A DNA stretch of 64,000 bases from Octopus sinensis (lineage: Eukaryota): assembly GCF_006345805.1 (NCBI RefSeq), contig NC_043008.1, forward strand, positions 50,716,001 to 50,780,000, written 5' to 3'. The notes below the pieces were generated by a model. It saw nothing but the letters and a program-made list of their open reading frames with translations, was not told the DNA's origin and did no database searches. Of this stretch, positions 58,860 to 64,000 are shown piece by piece. Each line of letters starts with the position of its first letter. Within the stretch, counting starts at the first letter, position 1. The translations under genes and the position numbers were made by a program.

Positions 58860-60334
58860 GGAGAGAGAGAGGGCGGAGGGAGGAGAAAAAGATAGAAAGA
58901 GAGTGCCTGTGCGTGTACCTGCTTGAAACAATAGCCAAACCGCCCTCAAATCACACACCACACTGTGTCATAAGTAAGGAAGAAAACAATGTCTTAGAAA
59001 AAAGATGGGGCAATGGCAACCGTTGGATTGGCTTTGATCATAAATTTACTCGAATATGATTGACCCAGGGCTAAACAAGAAAACAAAACAACTATAGTAA
59101 TACAATAATATCAATAATATCAATAAAAAAACCACTGCGAAATGATCATTAACTAATGATTTTGTCTCTAAAGTGACAATAGCGACATCAGATCTGCTGG
59201 AACATTGTTTAGCCACCGCGTTTATCAACGGCGTTCCAAATGTAACCATCCCATTATTTTTTGTGGATATTTAAGGGTGACACAATCTAATGCGTTCTTC
59301 CTTCATTGAGAAAAAAACGGTAGGGTGTAATTTGAGGGAGATTAAGTCTGTTCTGAGGAGCGATGTGAAACGATCACTTAAAAAAAAATAGCAGTCAAAT
59401 CACCAACAAATCATACTTTACCATTCCAAAAAAAAAAAAGAAAAGAAAAGAAAAGAGAGTAGTATGGATAATGTATTTTCTAGATAAAAAAAATATGTAT
59501 CAACAATAGACCAGCATGGTCATGGCTGGAACTTCTTTGATCATAAGTCTGCAAATCAAGATTGACCGGGGGTTAAACAACAGCAACAAAAACAACAACA
59601 CACATAAAATAGATATATATATATATATATGTATTTATATAAATCACAGTGTGTGTGTGCATGTGTGTGTGTGTGTGTGTGCATGTGTGTGTGTGTGTGT
59701 GTGTGTGTGCATGTGTGCCCGTGTCCCTCTATGTGGATATTCGACCAACTAGAAATAGCAGTCAAATCAGCTCCATTTCACGCCCTATTGTTTTAAAAAT
59801 GAAGGACACAGTAGTAAATGTAATTATGAATACACTAAGGGTGAATAAATGATGGGATGGTCACGGCTGAAAATGCCCTCTGATCATAGGTTTGCTGGAT
59901 CAGGGTTAAACAAAAACATCAACAACTACAACAAATAATAAAATAAAACAACGAACAAAAAAAACAGAGACATATACAACTCAAACACATACACACACAA
60001 AAACACACACATTTATATATTGCTGGCATCATGAGTTCTTAGAAACTTCGAGAACATGAAACAATTCATATTGGGAACAGTGAACCTCGAAGTAGATAGA
60101 GCTACAATAGTAGCGTGTATATATATATATACACGCAAATATACATATATGTACATCTATCTATCTATTTTTCCTATAAAGGAAACGTTTATCGTCACTA
60201 ACTGTGACTGAGAGTACCCAAACACCTATATTGTAAGAAATAAGAGTTAAAACTCTTAATGTTGCAAGGAACGCGCAATATATATACACTGACAGGAGAG
60301 ATAACCGCCCATGAGCGTTTCTAGGATCACAGGG

Positions 60335-60374
60335 CTACACTAGTTTCGCCTATCAGTCGTAGGCTCGTCAGTAG
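60335..60374 (-). ncRNA. Minimal type I hammerhead motif (C17G variant copy)
   Basis: CUA CUGACGA GCCUA-cgacuga-UAGGC GAA ACUAGU G UAG; the consensus with the 60874 copy is fully canonical. Confidence 0.6.
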
Positions 60375-60790
60375 TGACTACTCAAGCGCTCGACGGCTTG
60401 GCTAAATCCGGCTGCCAGTATATTATATTTTTATCAAAAATTATGGTTGATTTAGCGAAATGCTAATGCATATATCAAAAATTAATATAAACAACTTGGC
60501 ACAATATAATATCACAGAGGAAAAATGTTATCATCACCAATCGTGCCTGAGAGTACCGAAGCACCTATATATATATATATATATATAATATATATCGCTA
60601 GCCACTACACATTCTTTATTTCTCTCCTTGTTCCTTTCTGTGTTCCTCTCTGTGGAAGTGCGTAGGCTCGAAACGTTAAAGACTTTTCACTTCCCGAGCG
60701 TTATACTAATACATCTATTGTTGTCTATATCACCCGTCTTCGTCTTTTGTGAATTTTCCCTATATATATATAATATATATAATATATATA

Positions 60791-60831
<41 letters not shown>

Positions 60832-60873
60832 TGACAGGGGAGATAGCCGCCCTACTCGAACGTTTCAGTAGTC

Positions 60874-60915
60874 ATTACCGACGAGTCTACAACTGATAGG
60901 CGAAACTAGTCTAGT
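60874..60915 (+). ncRNA. Minimal type I hammerhead motif (U4C variant copy)
   Basis: AUUA CCGACGA GUCUA-caacuga-UAGGC GAA ACUAGU C/ UAGU. Confidence 0.6.
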
Positions 60916-61082
60916 CTAGTGATCCTACAGGCGTTAATGGAGCGGTTATCTTCCCTGTCATTGTATATATATATATATTTATATTGCGCACTTCTTAAAA
61001 CAGTGACTGTTTTGACTCTTATTTCTTGCAATATGGATACCATCAGTCACAATTAGTACATATATATGCGCCCCCCCACACA

Positions 61083-61292
61083 CGAGGAAGTGCTGGAAAG
61101 TTCCTGGCTTTAAGGGTGTCGTGAAAGGCCTGGCTGGAGACTTAACCGTCCGAGTTCTTTTACAGGGCTTAAAGACTGAAGGACCGCTGCAGTAAGTGTG
61201 TGAATCTGAGAGGGAATATGTTGAATAAAATCATAAATGATCCTCCTGTATTTCCTTTTAACCAAAGCCAGGTACATGTCAGCACGCCCACG
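61083..61292 (+). mobile_element. Mariner-derived MITE, second copy
   Basis: TIRs CGAGGAAGTGCTGGAAAGTTCCTGGCTTT...AAAGCCAGG...AGCACGCCCACG followed by TA; homologous to 9140-9356. Confidence 0.72.
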
Positions 61293-61536
61293 TATATATA
61301 AATGGGGGAGAAAGTACTTAATATGCAGTTTAGTTCATATGATTTACTAAAACTGAATTTCACGCCATTGCGATCGTCAGGTGAGAAAATCATTCCGTTG
61401 AAGGAAACCATATATATACATACATGCATACATATAGTGCATGGCAAAATGTTTTTGAAAACAACACTAGATGGTCGGTAGACCGTATATATATATACTA
61501 TATGTAATATATAATATATATATATATACATATATG

Positions 61537-61567
<31 letters not shown>

Positions 61568-62741
61568 TATATATATATATATACATATATATATATACGT
61601 ACATATATATATATATATATTATGTATATATATATGTATATATACGATGTATAATATATATATACATATATGTATATATGTATACATACATATATGTATA
61701 TACACACACACACACCACACACACACCATAATATATATATATAATATACTCAGTTACATATGCAGAATCTTATGAAATCTTATGCAGTAACATATACAAG
61801 CATGTTATTAGTGGGATACACACACACACACGCACACACACGAGAACGCTTATATACAAATGGACTCACGCAAACACACAACTCCCTTTATTCGTATACA
61901 CCCACACTTACACATTAGTACTCACATTTATGTCCACACATATTTTACTACACATAGCCACAATTTGTTACATACATATATAGCTATATACAAGAACATG
62001 GACACATACACATGATTACACATACTCATGGTACAGGTGGTCCCTTTTGTGCAGGTATAAAAACAAGTTTGGTCCAAATATATACAAGTTACAGAGTCCT
62101 TATACTACAATATTGGCTTTGTTAGATTTGCGATAGAACAGGGGTGCGTGAGAAGTGGAGTCATTCATGCCTCTTCAGAAGATATTAGCTGTTTGTTTTA
62201 ATGGAGTGAATCAGTAACAACGGAGAATGAAAGCTGAGTTGCGAACTAACTCGCCTGGAGTTTGTCTCAAGATACTCTGCTGCTTGCCTCGAGTTACTAC
62301 CTTGTTGTTGTTACTCCTTTTGTGTTCATCTAGTGTACTCCTGGTTTTGTTCATTATAAACACGACTGTGTTGGTCGGCTAGAGATGTTAAACCAAAAGT
62401 AAAAACAAAAAATATATAAAAAATAGTATCGACAAAAAAAATAATTGTTTTAAAATTTGGTACAAGGCCAGTAGTTTTCTTTAGGAGCAGGGGTTAATCA
62501 ATGATATCGACCCCAGTACTTGACTGGTACTTTATTTTATCAACCCCGAAAGGATGAAAGGCAAAGTTGACCTCGGCGATATTTGAGCTCAAACCGTAAA
62601 ATGCCGGGAGAAATGCTGGTAACGATTCTGCCAGCTCGCCGCCTTAAAGAATAATAAAAATAAAAATAAAAAATAATATAAAAAAATAAAATAAAGATTG
62701 GGTAGAGATTGAAACCAAAACCGTAACTTTGTAAATGCTTC

Positions 62742-63986
62742 TCAAAAAACTTTCTCAAATGATAACTGTAAGTTTTTAGAATTTTTCGTACTGTTACTAG
62801 TCGTAGGAGAGGTAGTGGTAGCAGAAGCAGCGTCGGTGGTAGTCGTTGATGTTGCGGCTGTAGTTAGACTTGCTGTATTTGTACTTACAATATCAGATGC
62901 TGTGGTTGTTACGGTACTGTTAGTATCACTGGTATCAGCATCAATAGTTTTGTTAGCAGTAGCCGTAGTTGATGGAGCACTAGCAGTTATTATTGTTGAG
63001 CTTGTAGTATTAGCATTAGTAGTATTAGTAGTATTAATTGCAGTAGCAGATTTGTTTCCGGTCGTGTCAGTAGTGGTAGCATTATCAGTAGTATTCGAAG
63101 AATTACTTTTGGTAATTGTCTCGGTGCTATTTATGGTACTTTTATTCTTGCTAGAACCATCCAAGAAAACGGCAGTTGTTACCCCACTCTGGAACACTTC
63201 AGTCTTCTCGCTATTTCCAGCACTTTTAGAAACGTTCTTATTAATATCATCGATAGATTTTTTCTGGTTTTTTCTTGCTTTTGTGCCATTGTTTAGAAGG
63301 TTTTCATCTGGTAATCTATTTGTTTCTTCGGTCAAGTTTTGTGACGTGGAATTCGAAACCATCGCAATATTCTTTCCTTTCTTTTGTTTCACATTTTTAT
63401 TCGGTTTCGATATTTTTGTTTTAATTCTGGCTTCATTCTTTTTCTTCCCCGGGAAAGATTCTGTCTCTTCTTCCGTTTCATTCAACCCTGCTAGTTCATC
63501 CATATCTAAATCTAACGTTTGATTCATCCATTCAATGTTTTCTGCTGAAGAGTTCGTCAAAGTATAGTTCGAGTTCGTTTCGTTCGACACATATTGCAAC
63601 TTATTTGCTGCGGACTTGTTTCGCCTTCGTTCACCTTCGGCTTTTTTCGTCGCTGATGGTATTTTCTTCCTCCTTGTCGTTTGTTTTACTTTTTCTGCCG
63701 TAGAATTGGTTGGTTCGCGTCGTTCGGCGGCAGAAGTTGACTTTCTGTTCCCAGAGAGACTTGGTACACAAGTTCGGTGGTCCAGAGTTGGTGTGGTCCC
63801 ATTGGGACAAGGTATGCACTCTCTTTCACTGGGCATGTAATGGTCTGGAGGACAGGGCACGCAAACAAAACAACAGTCTTCTTCACTGTGTGACACCTGT
63901 ACGTGATTAGGTTCGCAAGGTAAACTACAAAACGAAGCTGGAAAAATAGGCTCGATATCGCGAAATTTTATTGCTCTGAGTGTTTC
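62742..63986 (-). CDS. Exon encoding a class C GPCR (mGluR/CaSR-like) nine-cysteine domain (NCD3G) fused to a basic, then Thr/Asn-rich mucin-like tail; upstream exons are outside the window
   Basis: Acceptor ttttttgcag| at 63987. PASFCSLPC...DCCFVCVPC...Y....ECIPCPNGTTP....TC has exactly 9 Cys in NCD3G spacing. The frame stays open for about 415 aa in AT-rich DNA, with about 24 N-x-S/T sequons. Confidence 0.8.
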   Translation of the reverse strand, partial: ETLRAIKFRDIEPIFPASFCSLPCEPNHVQVSHSEEDCCFVCVPCPPDHYMPSERECIPCPNGTTPTLDHRTCVPSLSGNRKSTSAAERREPTNSTAEKVKQTTRRKKIPSATKKAEGERRRNKSAANKLQYVSNETNSNYTLTNSSAENIEWMNQTLDLDMDELAGLNETEEETESFPGKKKNEARIKTKISKPNKNVKQKKGKNIAMVSNSTSQNLTEETNRLPDENLLNNGTKARKNQKKSIDDINKNVSKSAGNSEKTEVFQSGVTTAVFLDGSSKNKSTINSTETITKSNSSNTTDNATTTDTTGNKSATAINTTNTTNANTTSSTIITASAPSTTATANKTIDADTSDTNSTVTTTASDIVSTNTASLTTAATSTTTTDAASATTTSPTTSNSTKNSKNLQLSFEKVF

Positions 63987-64000
63987 CTGCAAAAAATACC

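Noticed and set aside
58995-59035. ATGGCAAC half X-box with nearby ATTGG
   Set aside because: Only half the motif matches and there is no associated exon.
61345-61385. Minus-strand CTGACGA TCGC-AATG-GCGT GAAAT motif; similar weak motifs at about 52950-52985, 48470-48510 and 50545-50580
   Set aside because: Stem I does not pair and/or the core is broken; too degenerate to support.
62815-63522. 235-aa hydrophobic plus-strand ORF that could look like a multi-TM protein
   Set aside because: It is the antisense shadow of the Thr/Asn/Lys-rich minus-strand exon (ACN/AAN codons read as Val/Leu/Phe); it has no GPCR motifs.

Overview
This is AT-rich, intron-rich animal genomic DNA saturated with microsatellites and SINEs. 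The repeat families look like those of a coleoid cephalopod (Octopus); that assignment is inference. Three protein-coding genes are supported. (1) The last 16 coding exons of UBE4B/UFD2, a U-box E4 ubiquitin ligase (+, 109-22019, about 740 aa in the window). (2) A complete 10-coding-exon CCDC63/ODAD1(CCDC114)-family outer-dynein-arm docking gene (+, 33758-52075, 564 aa). It has a probable GC-AG intron and a candidate RFX X-box promoter with a non-coding first exon near 27.9 kb. (3) A large minus-strand exon (63986-62742) encoding a class C GPCR nine-cysteine domain followed by an N-glycosylation-rich, Thr-rich tail and a stop, with no 7TM visible. The rest is tRNA-derived SINEs of several modular families, piggyBac and mariner MITEs, LINE 3' fragments (CR1/L2 group; stacked R4/Dong-like RLE fragments), foldback hairpins and very long simple repeats. 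The most unexpected signal is about 14 type I hammerhead-ribozyme (HHR) or HHR-like motifs from about 7 unrelated sequence families. They include one fully canonical extended HHR in sense orientation in an intron of the CCDC63-like gene (34388-34455), and a tRNA-headed SINE whose tail carries a Penelope-type minimal HHR. All RNA folds were derived by eye and none has been tested. Most long ORFs in the supplied track are microsatellite artefacts. No rRNA, bona fide tRNA, CRISPR or prokaryotic features were found.
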